Below, piece after piece: positions 13,334 through 28,825 of a DNA stretch of 64,000 nucleotides; within the stretch, counting starts at the first letter, position 1; every line of letters begins with the position of its first letter. The stretch comes from Eledone cirrhosa (Eukaryota). Location: assembly GCA_964016885.1 (NCBI GenBank), contig OZ024742.1, positions 57,412,001 through 57,476,000 of the forward strand. The letters are read 5' to 3'. Under the pieces are notes generated by a model. That model searched no databases and was not told the origin of the DNA. It saw only the letters and a list, made by a program, of their open reading frames with translations. Position numbers and translations under genes: made by a program.

Positions 13334-14200
13334 TAATATATATTTTAGAAATTAATATATAAATTAATTTTAATGTAGTTAACCTATAATTTTAATTTAA
13401 TTAAAATTCTACTACAGATGAAATAAAAAATATCGTATAATCATAAACTGAGAAAAACATTTAAATATTATTAACCTAATTAATATATACTTTAGAAATT
13501 AATATATAGATTAATTTTAGTTTATTTAACCCTTTATTAAAATTCTTTTACAGATGAAATACAACAAAATATCGTGTAATTAAAAACGGAGAAAAACCTT
13601 TTAATATTATAAACCTAATTAATATACAATTTAGAAATTAATATATAAATTAATTTTAATTATAGCTAACTATAATTTTAATTTAGTTAGCTTATAATTA
13701 AAATTCTAATACAGATGAAATGCAAAATATCGTGTAATCATAAACTGAGAAAAACTTTTAAATATATACCTAATTAATATACACTTTACAAATTAATATA
13801 TAGATTAATTTTAATTTAGTTAACCTATAATTAAAATTCTACTATAGATAAAATACAAAATTTTACTTTAAATATTATAAACCTAATTAACATATACTAT
13901 AGAAATTAATATATAATTTTTAATTTAGTTAACCTATAATTAATAATCTACTACCGATGAACTACTTAATTTGGCTTTCCCTCTTACAAAATTCATTTCC
14001 TAAAATTGATACCATCATGTAAATATATGTAATTAATTTTAATTTAGTTATGCTATAATTAATACTCTACTACTGTTTAACTTCAAAATTCCGCTTTAAA
14101 TATTATAAACCTAATTAGTATACACCTTAGAAATTAATATAGTAACTATTTTTATTTTAGTTAACCTATAATTAATATTCTACTTATATTAAAATACATA
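13278..14200 (+). repeat. Degenerate AT-rich ~120-150 bp tandem repeats in the PLE 3' region (also at 7323-8220)
   Basis: Recurring atatcgtgtaatcataaactgagaaaaac...aaatattataaacctaattaata...gttaacctataatt...ctactacagatgaaat; the first unit overlaps the ORF's last codons. Confidence 0.8.
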
Positions 14201-14645
14201 ATTTGGCTTTCCTTCTTACAAATACCATTTCCTAAAACTGACACCACTAAATAAACACATATAAAGCTTTAACTGCAGGTTAGTATTCTATGTTCCTTGA
14301 AACCTATATATTTACTATTTCCCACTAATAAATTTAACCCCCCCCCCCCCCCCAATAATTATATGTATATGTAAGCGTGGATGTGTGTATGTGTATGTAA
14401 GTGTGTATGTATGTATGTGTGTTTGTATGTGAGTATAAAAATATATATTATGAAATATATATGTATATGTGTATATATATATACATATATATATATATAT
14501 GTATATGTATGTGTAGAGATGTGTGTATGTATGTGTGTATATATGTGTATATGTGTCTGACTGTGTATATATGTGTGTGTATATCTCTATATATATGTAT
14601 GTCTGAGTGTGTGTGTGTGTGTGTGGTTATATATATACATGGGTA

Positions 14646-14686
<41 letters not shown>

Positions 14687-14688
<2 letters not shown>

Positions 14689-15293
14689 TCAGGTCACCAA
14701 TTGGTGCTACTGGTAACATGTATCCCAGTACAACCTGTCTCATGGTCGGGTCGTTGGCGACTAAACTGGCAACCCCACCAAGGTTGCTTGGTGAGGAGGG
14801 TGACTTTGGACATCCTGCAGGACTAAAAACAAAACCTGTCAAAGGGCAAAGGAGCTCGTAAGAGTCAATGGCCATCCAAAATCACCGGGAGAGATGACCC
14901 CTTAGCCTTTGTCAAGGCAGAATTCTAGGAGAAGGAAAACTCTGATATAACACCTGCAACCCTGATGGTATCCAATGATGTTGACTTGTTCTTCTTTTTG
15001 GTAAATATCATCTTGGTTAAGAGAGTGGGACTGGCTTTGTGCAGTGCCTTTGCTCACTATAAAAGCTTCACGGCACAGGCATTGCTTTATATCTGGAGAT
15101 CTCTCTGCACTTGTCGTTACATGGTACCATGGGCCCAGCACTGTGTCAATAATTGTCACAAGTGTAGTGTTTGTACCAGAGTTTTCAAGTCGCTGGCTGG
15201 ACTAAAAAGTCACACTCGTTCAGTGCTTCGGTAGGGGTTCTCCTACATGGATATAAAGTAGTGGCCGTACTCGAAAACGAGTTGGCAGCCACC
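14687..15293 (+). mobile_element. ~600-bp non-autonomous element, probably an internally deleted RTE-type LINE derivative
   Basis: Near-identical copy at 30638-31192; 3' part encodes a C2H2-finger remnant (CSVCTRVFKSLAGLKSH) like RTE-group C-termini; inserted in (TA)n. Confidence 0.65.
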
Positions 15294-15769
15294 ATATATA
15301 TATATATATATATATGTGTATATTTATATGTATGGGTATATGTTTTACTTATTTTTATGTGTGTGCATACAACCAGGTCAATATGCGTGAGTGTAAGTAT
15401 GTGTATCTGTGTGTGTATGTATGTAAGTATCGAACGTATGGATGTGTAAATGTGCGTGTGTATATAAGCACGTATATTTTATGTCTCTCTTTTATGTTTT
15501 TTTATGTTTCTTTTGTGAGACATGCGTGTCCGTGTATGTACGTACAACCCCCACCCCTCTTTTTTGTCCTTTTTTGTCTTCTTTTCTTGAGTTTTTTCCT
15601 TCTATATAAAAAAAATTTTTATTTCTAATTTATTGATACATTTTTATAAGTATGTCGAGATTGACACTTTCCTTTAATTACTATACTCCCTTACCTCTTT
15701 TACTTCCGCATCTAAATGTAAGTGTGTGTGGGTGTGTTTATGTGAGCGCCTCAATATTCATATACTTGT

Positions 15770-15814
<45 letters not shown>

Positions 15815-16069
15815 TGTCTGTTGATTACAGACATACAGATACATTAGCCCTTAATTTTATATTTACATACACTTTTTCACTATACGTATACATATAAGCA
15901 TACACTTTTATGCACATCTGTGAGCGTATTTACATACATATATACACACCTAACTGTATTTTCTTGATGAATTTTTATGTATCTCAATCTTTATTTCATT
16001 GGTCTATTCAAAATCTGTTCCCAAACAGACCTATTATTTTGAATTGTTGTTATTATCAATAAACAAGCA

Positions 16070-16210
16070 TCATTATTTCTTAAGACAGCATATATATGTG
16101 AAGGTATGTATATTCTCTCTGATAGTTTGTATAATTTTGTACATAGATCTTTTGAATATGCATACCAATTCTAACACATATATGTCCTAGAAACGATCGT
16201 AAAATAATGA
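16070..16210 (+). ncRNA. Mutated copy of the PLE hammerhead (core CTTAAGA, G5 to U)
   Basis: Matches 10392-10532 except that the core reads CTTAAGA at 16079-16085. Confidence 0.7.
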
Positions 16211-16318
16211 ACTTTTTTGTTTAATATAAGGAACTGTTTCTTTGTTTATTCATTATTTTTTTAATAATTTATATATATATATATATATATACGTATATAT
16301 ATATATATATATATATAC

Positions 16319-16397
<79 letters not shown>

Positions 16398-16398
16398 C

Positions 16399-16466
<68 letters not shown>

Positions 16467-16467
16467 G

Positions 16468-16557
<90 letters not shown>

Positions 16558-16560
16558 TAC

Positions 16561-16604
<44 letters not shown>

Positions 16605-16666
16605 GTATGTATATATATATATATATATACGTATATATATATATATATATATATACGTATATATAC

Positions 16667-16698
<32 letters not shown>

Positions 16699-16819
16699 GT
16701 GAAGGCGTGTGGCTGAGTGGTTAGAGAATTGGATTCGCAACCGTAAGGTTGTGAGTTCGATTCCTGGACCAGGCGATGCGTTATGTCCTTGAGCAAGACA
16801 CTTTATTTCACGTTGCTCC
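16699..16819 (+). mobile_element. tRNA-derived SINE 5' part
   Basis: A box TGGCTGAGTGG and B box GTTCGATTCC followed by GTCCTTGAGCAAGACACTTT; homologues at 20327-20432 (-) and 43822-44125 (+). Confidence 0.85.
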
Positions 16820-17667
16820 TTCTACCTGGAGTTGCGACCGATAGATAGTACTAGCAATTGGAAAGACCAACGGAAACATTATTCCCTCGGTCCGATTTGA
16901 CGAAAGTCGATCGTTCCTATATATATATATATATATATATATACGTATATATATATATATATATATATTAGAAACTGAGGTTTTTTTTATAAAATGAAAA
17001 ATAACCGAGCCACCTTTTTTTTAAGTAAAGAAATTCAAACAGACACACACACACACACACACGCACACACACAAGCACACAAATAAACACACATATCTTT
17101 ACTTTCTTTATTCAATAGAAAATCTGAATTCTGACACCCCAGCGAACTAACCATATTCACTGAACCAGAACAATTCTCCCATCCCTTTCTCTTGACCATT
17201 ATCTTTTTATCAAAAAATTCTCTAAAAAGGCTAGAGAATGGATTTCTAAATAAGGGCACAAAAATTTCATGAAAATTTGTTCACGTGACAGCCATAATTT
17301 CATTTATAAAAAACCAAAAAAAAGCCTTCGTGAGCCTCCTTTTTTCAAGTAAAAAGAAATTCAAACACTCATATATGAAAAAACAACCTGTGACAACCCC
17401 CCCCCCCTCTTATTTGAAGAACTATTGTACCGCGAACTGGCGCGAAATTTATTATAATTATTGACAAACCAATCAAATTACTTCTCGAAAAACCTAGCAT
17501 TTCGAGCCACTTTTTCCATATAAAACAAGTAACATTCAGAGACCAACCAGATGTGAGAAAAACCACAGACCCTCCATCTCAACTCACCTTTTGAAAAGCA
17601 GAAGAACTGCGATACCGGTAAAGGAACCAAATAAATATATATTTTTTTTTTTAAATAAGACTCCAGT

Positions 17668-17854
<187 letters not shown>

Positions 17855-17855
17855 G

Positions 17856-17891
<36 letters not shown>

Positions 17892-17892
17892 A

Positions 17893-18612
17893 TATATAGC
17901 TTAGAGTTTACACTCAATGGGGTCATTTACAATCATTTCAGCTCTAAGAATCGCTTCTGAGCAGAATAAATTAATATTTGATGAACATTTACATGTTTTA
18001 GTTGTAATTGACTAATAAAATCGCTAGAATGAAATATCTTAATTCAACAACATAAAGTTTGCCTGTACGATCTAAAAAATAATAAATCAATACTCACAGA
18101 CTCATATGGGCAAAAAGCCTTGGTACCTAGACACGTTTAAAGTTCAAAATACAAACTTTTTCCGCAGATCGGTCAGAACTTCAAACTTCAAACATGTTTC
18201 ACAAAGGATGGTATAATAGTGAAATAATTAATTAATTAGTAGTGAGTTAATCAATTTTCTGTGTTTATCAATAGGTACCCAGATAAATTAAATAACTTCA
18301 CCTCAGAAAAATATCTAAGGTCTGGTTAGCGTAGCGAAAATACACGAGGTTTTGCACACGGCTCATTCCAGTCCTCTAACGTCCCACACATAGTGCTAGA
18401 AATAACAGCCGTTTATATGGGATTACAAATTCAGCTCACCTGGAGGAGCAGTATATAGCTTAGAGTTTACACTCAATGGGGTCATTTACAATCATTTCAG
18501 CTCTAAGAATCGCTTCTGAGCAGAATAAATTAATATTTGATGAACATGTACATGTTTTAGTTGCAATTGACTAATAAAATCGCTAGAATGAAATATCTTA
18601 ATTCAACAACAT
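17893..18612 (-). mobile_element. Non-coding HHR retrozyme-like element, family C (560-nt unit, partial tandem)
   Basis: 17893-18052 is repeated at 18453-18612; minus-strand hammerhead at 18122-18279; SSR flanks. Confidence 0.8.
18122..18279 (-). ncRNA. Type I hammerhead with U3-A8 core and 20-bp stem III
   Basis: Minus strand: ggtaccta-TTGATAA-aca...tgt-GAAA-catgtttgaagtttgaagt(loop)attttgaactttaaacgtg-TC-taggtacc. 8-bp stem I; stem III fully paired with five G-U wobbles. Confidence 0.85.
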
Positions 18613-18647
18613 ATATAGAATATATATACGTGTATATATATAATAAT

Positions 18648-18738
18648 AGGAACGAGTAGGACCCCAACGCATACGTATATACATATTATATATATATATA
18701 TAATATATATATACGTATGCGTTGGGGTCCTACTCGTT

Positions 18739-18742
<4 letters not shown>
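18648..18742. repeat. Perfect ~30-bp inverted repeat around a TA spacer
   Basis: taggaacgagtaggaccccaacgcatacgtat versus atacgtatgcgttggggtcctactcgttccta. Confidence 0.85.
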
Positions 18743-18821
<79 letters not shown>

Positions 18822-18822
18822 G

Positions 18823-18937
<115 letters not shown>

Positions 18938-18999
18938 GTATATAAATATATATATATACTTATATATATACGTATATATATATATATATATATATATAC

Positions 19000-19091
<92 letters not shown>

Positions 19092-19116
19092 TATATATAT
19101 ATATATATATATATAC

Positions 19117-19179
<63 letters not shown>

Positions 19180-19180
19180 T

Positions 19181-19221
<41 letters not shown>

Positions 19222-19229
19222 CGTATATG

Positions 19230-19308
<79 letters not shown>

Positions 19309-19328
19309 GTATATATATATATATATAC

Positions 19329-19406
<78 letters not shown>

Positions 19407-19519
19407 AGTATAGAAATTGTTGTAGCGAGAAGCTAACAGTATTCCATAACATATATAAAAATATATATACGTATATATATATATATATTTATATATATAT
19501 ACGTGTATATATATATATA

Positions 19520-20085
19520 TTTTATTACATGTTATCCATGTGCAACCTGCAGTATTCTTCTCCCCATTTTTTTCACATATATTTACCTAAACTGCGATTC
19601 TGTTTTTTCTCTCTCTCTCTTACTGCTCCCTCGTTCTCTCTGTTTCTCCTACTTTCTTTCGCCCCCTCTGTCATGTCAGTTAACTCTTCCTCACACTTCC
19701 ACTCACTCACTCACTGTTTCACCCTTCTCACTTCACCCCGTTCGCGACGAAAACAAATTCTTTCTTTCTCACATTTGGATTCATCCCGAAAGGTCTTTTT
19801 TCTAAGCGCTCATATATTCACCTAGCTTATGCTAACAGAATAACTATGTAGCTTGTTCCCTTCCTCTCTACGGTTAGCTCTCCTCTTTGTTGTTATCTTG
19901 TCTCACTCGCTTTACGCGTTTTAATTGTCCTAATAACTTAATTTAGTTATTAATGCACCGACGTGAGGTATATGATTTTTAATGCAATGGAATATCTATG
20001 ATCGTCGGCAAATCACTGATGAGGGACTCATTTTATTACATGTTATCCATGTGCAACCTGCAGTATTCTTCTCCCCATTTTTTTA
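19520..20085. repeat. ~510-nt partial-tandem non-coding element in (TA)n
   Basis: ttttattacatgttatccatgtgcaacctgcagtattcttctccccattttttt occurs at ~19522 and ~20031. Confidence 0.65.
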
Positions 20086-20128
20086 TATATATATATACGT
20101 ATATATATATATATATATATATATATAC

Positions 20129-20179
<51 letters not shown>

Positions 20180-20287
20180 GTTGGAATGAAATTTTAGTAG
20201 GTAAGTTAATTTTTATAATTTTCTTGTTTTACGTCTTTCATAAATATATATATATATATATATATACGTATATATATATATATATAC

Positions 20288-20326
<39 letters not shown>

Positions 20327-20331
<5 letters not shown>

Positions 20332-20431
20332 GTCTTGCTCAAGGACATAACGCATCGCCTGGTTCAGGAATCGAACTCACAACCTCACGATTGTGAATCC
20401 AATACACTAACCACTCAACCACACGCCTTCA

Positions 20432-20432
<1 letters not shown>
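20327..20432 (-). mobile_element. tRNA-derived SINE 5' fragment
   Basis: Reverse-complement homologue of 16699-16805. Confidence 0.85.
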
Positions 20433-20484
<52 letters not shown>

Positions 20485-20499
20485 TATATATATTAGTTT

Positions 20500-20659
<160 letters not shown>

Positions 20660-20728
20660 GAAAAGTATACAAATGGTTGTAGCGAGAAGCTAACAGTATT
20701 CCATAACATATATAAAAATATATATACG

Positions 20729-20809
<81 letters not shown>

Positions 20810-20941
20810 GTATATATATATATATATATATATACGTATATATATATATATATATATATATACGTATATATATATATATACGTATATATATATATATATA
20901 CGTATATATATATATATATACGTATATATATATATATATAC

Positions 20942-20975
<34 letters not shown>

Positions 20976-20982
20976 GTATATA

Positions 20983-21022
<40 letters not shown>

Positions 21023-21065
21023 CACGTATATATATATATATATAAGTATATATATATATATATAC

Positions 21066-21131
<66 letters not shown>

Positions 21132-21211
21132 GTATATATATATATATATATACGTATATATATATATACGTATATATATATATATACGTATATATATATA
21201 TATATATATAC

Positions 21212-21309
<98 letters not shown>

Positions 21310-21354
21310 GTATATATATATATACGTATATATATATACGTATATATATAAGTT

Positions 21355-21464
21355 GAAATAAAATGAAAACGAAATTCCATTTCTCACTCTTAGTACGGCA
21401 CTTACTTAAATGTAAGTATGTGTGTATACGTACATACATATATGTATACAGACGTATAGTAGCA

Positions 21465-21506
<42 letters not shown>

Positions 21507-21680
21507 CATACAGGTACACATACATATATGCACGTATCAGTTTAGCGGACGCTTATTATAACGCCGCTTTGTTCGTTTGTAAACAAACTGAACAGCCTGA
21601 ATTTTTATGCCGTACGGTGTTAAGGCAACCACGTCACCTTTTTGTTCAACACTGACACAGGAACGATGTACTAGTTTCAA
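21355..21680 (-). mobile_element. Truncated, diverged copy of retrozyme family A/E
   Basis: Aligns with the unit at 28950-29275 and ends within the hammerhead (cgatgtactagtttcaag). Confidence 0.75.
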
Positions 21681-21693
21681 GACTTACATTTAC

Positions 21694-21806
<113 letters not shown>

Positions 21807-22208
21807 CGTATATATATATAAATATATATATATATATACGTATATATATATAAATATATATATATATACGTATATATATATAAATATATATATATATATT
21901 TACGTATATATATATAAATATATATATATATACGTATATATATATAAATATATATATACGTATATATATATAAATATATATATACGTAATATAGTATTTA
22001 CGTATCGAGAAAGAGGAAAAAAGGGGGGATAGGTGATACATATAGTTATTTGCCAAGTAGCGTATGCCAAAGGTGCTCGATACTAGTGCCGGCAGTATTA
22101 AATATTCGAAGTGTTAATATTTAGTGGGCTAGAGAGTTAGCAGAGCGTAAGCACGTGGGAAAGTAAAAAATCGGAGAATAGACCGTTAAAACATGTTTAT
22201 TTAAAACA

Positions 22209-22248
22209 GCACCTACGTACGTTTCGCCCAGTTGGGCTTCTCAAGGGC
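22209..22248 (-). ncRNA. Minimal U3-A8 hammerhead (inverted copy)
   Basis: Exact reverse complement of 22393-22432. Confidence 0.8.
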
Positions 22249-22392
22249 ATAAATAATCACAATGTTCCTAATTTTGCTCGGAAAGAGTTTTCGGGGTTAA
22301 ATCCACATCAAGGTTCATTGCTCGCAAAAATATCTTGTTTTGATTTTGCAGCAAGTCAAGGTGCAATATAAGGAACACTTGTGATTATTTAT

Positions 22393-22432
22393 GCCCTTGA
22401 GAAGCCCAACTGGGCGAAACGTACGTAGGTGC
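22393..22432 (+). ncRNA. Minimal type I hammerhead, U3-A8 core
   Basis: gccc-TTGAGAA-gccc(aact)gggc-GAAA-cgtacg-TA-gg(t)gc; palindromic stem III; GUA site. Confidence 0.82.
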
Positions 22433-22526
22433 TGTTTTTAAATAAACATGTTTTAACGGTCTATTCTCCGATTTTTTTACTTTCCCACGTATATATATAC
22501 GTATGTATATATAAATATATATATAC

Positions 22527-22684
<158 letters not shown>

Positions 22685-22687
22685 TTA

Positions 22688-23449
<762 letters not shown>

Positions 23450-23643
23450 TTTATATATATATACATATTCTTTATACACAATTCTTTTCTCGTGAATCAT
23501 GGTTGTCTCCCTTTCCCGCTTAGTGACGCTATGATACTTCCTCAGTCAAAAGACTGCTGGAATTTCAAATTTGGCGGTCATTCGATGCGTGAAGGAGCAG
23601 CTTATACTTTCTATACTTTTCATTCATATATATATATATATAC

Positions 23644-23723
<80 letters not shown>

Positions 23724-23744
23724 TCATATATATATATATATACG

Positions 23745-23885
<141 letters not shown>

Positions 23886-24001
23886 GTATATATATATATA
23901 TATGAATGAAAAGTATAGAAATTGTTGTAGCGAGAAGCTAACAGTATTCTATAACATATATAAATATATATATATATATATATACGTATATATATATATA
24001 C

Positions 24002-24962
<961 letters not shown>

Positions 24963-25121
24963 TATATAAATTCATAAATTCATAAATTTATTATAATAAA
25001 TTGAAGTGAAAGCAACTGGTGCGTGTGTCTCTTATTGGCAACAAGACCCTCCCAAAGTATAACAATATCGGTTTCAACACACGTTTTCAGATAAAGAATC
25101 TTGCTAAACAAATTCAGAAAC

Positions 25122-25170
<49 letters not shown>

Positions 25171-25784
25171 AGGATGAATATAAAATGAAAGTGCTTTTTT
25201 TAAAAAGGAATTTATTAGGTATTGACATATGTTTCTGTAACAGACGGAATACCTTTGTATCACTGCTTGCGTAATCATATAATGTTAGCAAGTATTCGAT
25301 AGCAAATGTATAATCAGTTGTCACTTCTTCAGAGATTTTGGATAAATTGGATAAAATCAGAAAAATTGAAGTATTTATAGTAGTAATAGAGGAAGAAAAA
25401 GAGGGGATAGTATATGACAGATGGTAAATCAATTTACTGCTAAACAAGTATATAATGGGTTTCTAATGAGAATACCATGAGTAAATGGTTCATTTTATCT
25501 AAATAAGAATTTTTGGGAGTGCCAATTTTAATCCCTACTTGACCAATTGGACAGTGGACAGGGCTGGTCATTTGGTGTAGTAGTATTAATTATAAAGTGT
25601 CAATTGGGGAAGGGGGAGATTTCGATTGCTACTGAATAACATCAATGCTAGTAGCCAGCTGGTATATGCATTAGGGAATTGAATCAAGAAATCAGAAATC
25701 TCATTTTATCTATAGCAGTTTATATTAAATAAATACTTCAATTTTTCTGATTTTATCCAATTTATCCAAAATCTCTGAAGAAGT

Positions 25785-27700
25785 GTTTGTCCGGGATTAC
25801 TTGGAGGAATTTGTCCAAAGACTTCTTGAATTTTGTGTGGTCAGTTTCTGTTTTGACGTGTCCTGGTGTGATGTTGAAGAGAGCAGGGCCGATTGAGGTG
25901 AAATAATTGTGCCGTATTGTTGTTATGAGTTGCGATTTAGATTTTTGTATGGGACGGATAGCACGGGGCCCAAGCCTTGGGTGTATCTTGAAGGCGATGC
26001 CAACATCATTTGGGCAGTGATGATGGAACATTTTCCACATCATGCAGATAATATAACGCTCACGGCGACGTTGGAGTGAGTAAAGTTTCAGGTTTTCTAG
26101 TCGACCCCAGTAGTCAAGGTCTGACATGCCATCTATCTTTTTCGTGATTGCCCTTTGAGGAGCTTCAAGTTTCATGATACTTTGTTTCGTGTGGGGAGAC
26201 CACAGTGGACAACAGTATTCAAGGTGTGGTCGGGCAAAAGTAGAGAAGAGAAGGATAATGGTGTGGGAATCTCTCGACTGGAGGGTTCTGAGGATCCAGG
26301 AACACATTCTGCGGGCCATGTCAACTTTGCTGCTTATATGCGTGGCCCAGCTTATGTTGCTGTCCACGGTTACTCCCAAGTCTCTGATGTTGTTAGATGC
26401 CACGAGAGTTTCCCCGGAGGGAAGGGAGTACGGGAGTTTCAGAGCATCCTCTTTTCCAAAGTGGATCAGTTCGAATTTGTCTTCGTTCAGTAACATGTTG
26501 TTCTTTTCTGCCCATTGGGTAACAGCCAGTAGGTCTGACTGAAGGCTTATCCGGTCATCCACGCCATTGATGACCTTTTGGAGTTTGGAATCATCAGCGA
26601 AAATTTTAATGTTGCTGTGTTTGATGATGTCAGTGATGTCATTAATATAGATGATGAAGAGAAGTGGGCCCAACACAGTGCCTTGTGGGACCCCACTACT
26701 GGATTTGACTCCTTCAACTACAACATGTTGGGTTCTGTTTGACAGGAAGCTCTTGATCCACTGCAGCAGCTTTCCAGTGACACCAATATTGGACAGCTTT
26801 CTCAGTAGAATGTTATGATCAACCCTGTCAAAGGCCTTGCTGAAATCAAGGTAGATAATATCAGTGTTGGAACCCTCTCCCAAGGCTCTCAAAATGTCAT
26901 CAAAGTGATGCAGTAGCTGCGTCAGGCAATCCCTTCCATTACGGAATCCATGCTGGTTGGAGTTCAGCATATTGTTACTCTCAAGGAAGTGGGTCATTCG
27001 CGATCTCACCACTCTCTCAAATACCTTAATGATATGAGAGGTGAGTGAGATTGGACGGTAATTCACGGCAAGGGATTTGTTTCCTTTTTTGAAAACTGGG
27101 ACAACAGACTGGGATAGAAGGTTTTCTGGCACATATCCAGCATCCAGTGAGTTCCGCCACAGATTGGCAAGAGGAGATGCAAGTTGGTGTTGACACGCCT
27201 TCAAGACACAAGCAGGGAACCTATCGGGACCTACTGCTGAATTATGCTTGATTTCCTTTATTGCCGCTAAGACATCAGGGCGCCAAACGTTATGTCCGAT
27301 AAGGTGTAATGGGGAGTAACATCGCCGATACAGCCCAGATCGGCCATATCAGGATTGCTGAAAACAGAGCAGTATTGTTTCTGCAGTATCTCACCCATGG
27401 TTTTAGCATTGTCTTGAAGAGTGCCATTTTCATCAATTAGAGGGCCAACAGTAGAGCCAGTGATTTTGTGTTTTTTTGCAAATGAAAAGAAGACTTTGGA
27501 TTGAGTTTGATCTTCTCAATGGCCCAGGCCTCTTCAGCTCTTCTCTGATTGTTGATGAGGGACATTATGTTGTTTTGGAGGTTATGTTTTTTTAATCGCT
27601 AGTGATGAAATGGCAGTCAAGTTGATGTGTTGCTGCTGACAGTATTTCAGCTTGTTGATTTTTTTGTTCGTTCTCTTAATTTTTCTGATGATTTTTCTAT
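25785..27700 (-). pseudogene. Truncated second copy of the CR1-group LINE ORF2 (RT region)
   Basis: Nearly identical to 4120-6053; includes the 480-aa ORF 25762-27204; 15-nt in-frame deletion before GVPQG; several 1-nt indels at 27280-27600; lacks the last ~155 nt of the element. Confidence 0.92.
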
Positions 27701-27735
27701 ATGTATACATATATATGTATATATATATATATATA

Positions 27736-27830
<95 letters not shown>

Positions 27831-27884
27831 ACATATATATGTATATATATATATATATTCATATATATATACATATATATATGT

Positions 27885-27996
<112 letters not shown>

Positions 27997-28212
27997 ATGA
28001 ATATATATATATGGAATAGAATGAAACGAAATTTCATTTCTCACTCTTAGTACGGCACTTACTTAAATGTAAATACGTATGTATGTATACGTACATACAT
28101 ATATGTATACAGACGTACAGTATATATACAGACGTACATGTATATATATACATAGTACTGTACGTCTGTATACATATATGTATGTACGTATACATACATA
28201 CATACTTACATT

Positions 28213-28288
<76 letters not shown>

Positions 28289-28339
28289 TATGTATACATA
28301 TATATATGTATATATATATATATGTATATATATATATAG

Positions 28340-28424
<85 letters not shown>

Positions 28425-28605
28425 CATCTATATACATATATATATATATATACATATATATATGTATACATATATATGTATATATATATAAATGGAATAG
28501 AATGAAACGAAATTTCATTTCTCACTCTTAGTACGGCACTTATTTAAATGTAAGTATGTATGTATACGTACATACATATATGTATGTATACAGACGTACA
28601 GTAAC

Positions 28606-28642
<37 letters not shown>

Positions 28643-28784
28643 CAGGCACACATATATATATGCACGTATCAGTTTACCGAACATTTATTATAATGCTCAC
28701 TATGTTCGTTTGTAAACAAACGGACAGCCTGATTTACGCCGTACAGTGTTCACGTCACCTTTTTGTTCAACACTGACACTGGAA

Positions 28785-28825
28785 CGATGTACTAGTTTCA
28801 AGCTTGTTAGCTATCGTCAGCACCG
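28785..28825 (-). ncRNA. Minimal type I hammerhead (family E, copy 1)
   Basis: Minus strand: cggtg-CTGACGA-(t)agct(aaca)agct(t)-GAAA-ctag-TA-catcg. Confidence 0.85.

Larger units (their letters stand above)
6796..16270 (+). mobile_element. Penelope-like element (Naiad-type GIY-YIG) in partial-tandem arrangement
   Basis: 6796-10594 is a near-identical copy of 12751-16270 (ORF 3' end, 3' region and pseudo-LTR) placed upstream of the full ORF. (TA)n flanks both ends, and each repeat carries a different nested insertion. Confidence 0.9.
21988..22490. mobile_element. HHR element family D forming a ~110-bp fold-back
   Basis: 22153-22260 is the reverse complement of 22381-22490, and each arm holds a hammerhead. 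Confidence 0.8.

Noticed and set aside
16699-16775. tRNA gene
   Set aside because: A and B boxes are present but there is no proper acceptor stem or terminator; it continues into a SINE core and is repeated, so it is a SINE head.
19784-20025. Possible type II hammerhead (tcccGAAA ... tgattt/aaatca CTGATGA ggga)
   Set aside because: Stems I and II can be drawn, but no stem III pairs next to a valid NUH site across the ~180-nt gap; left unassigned.
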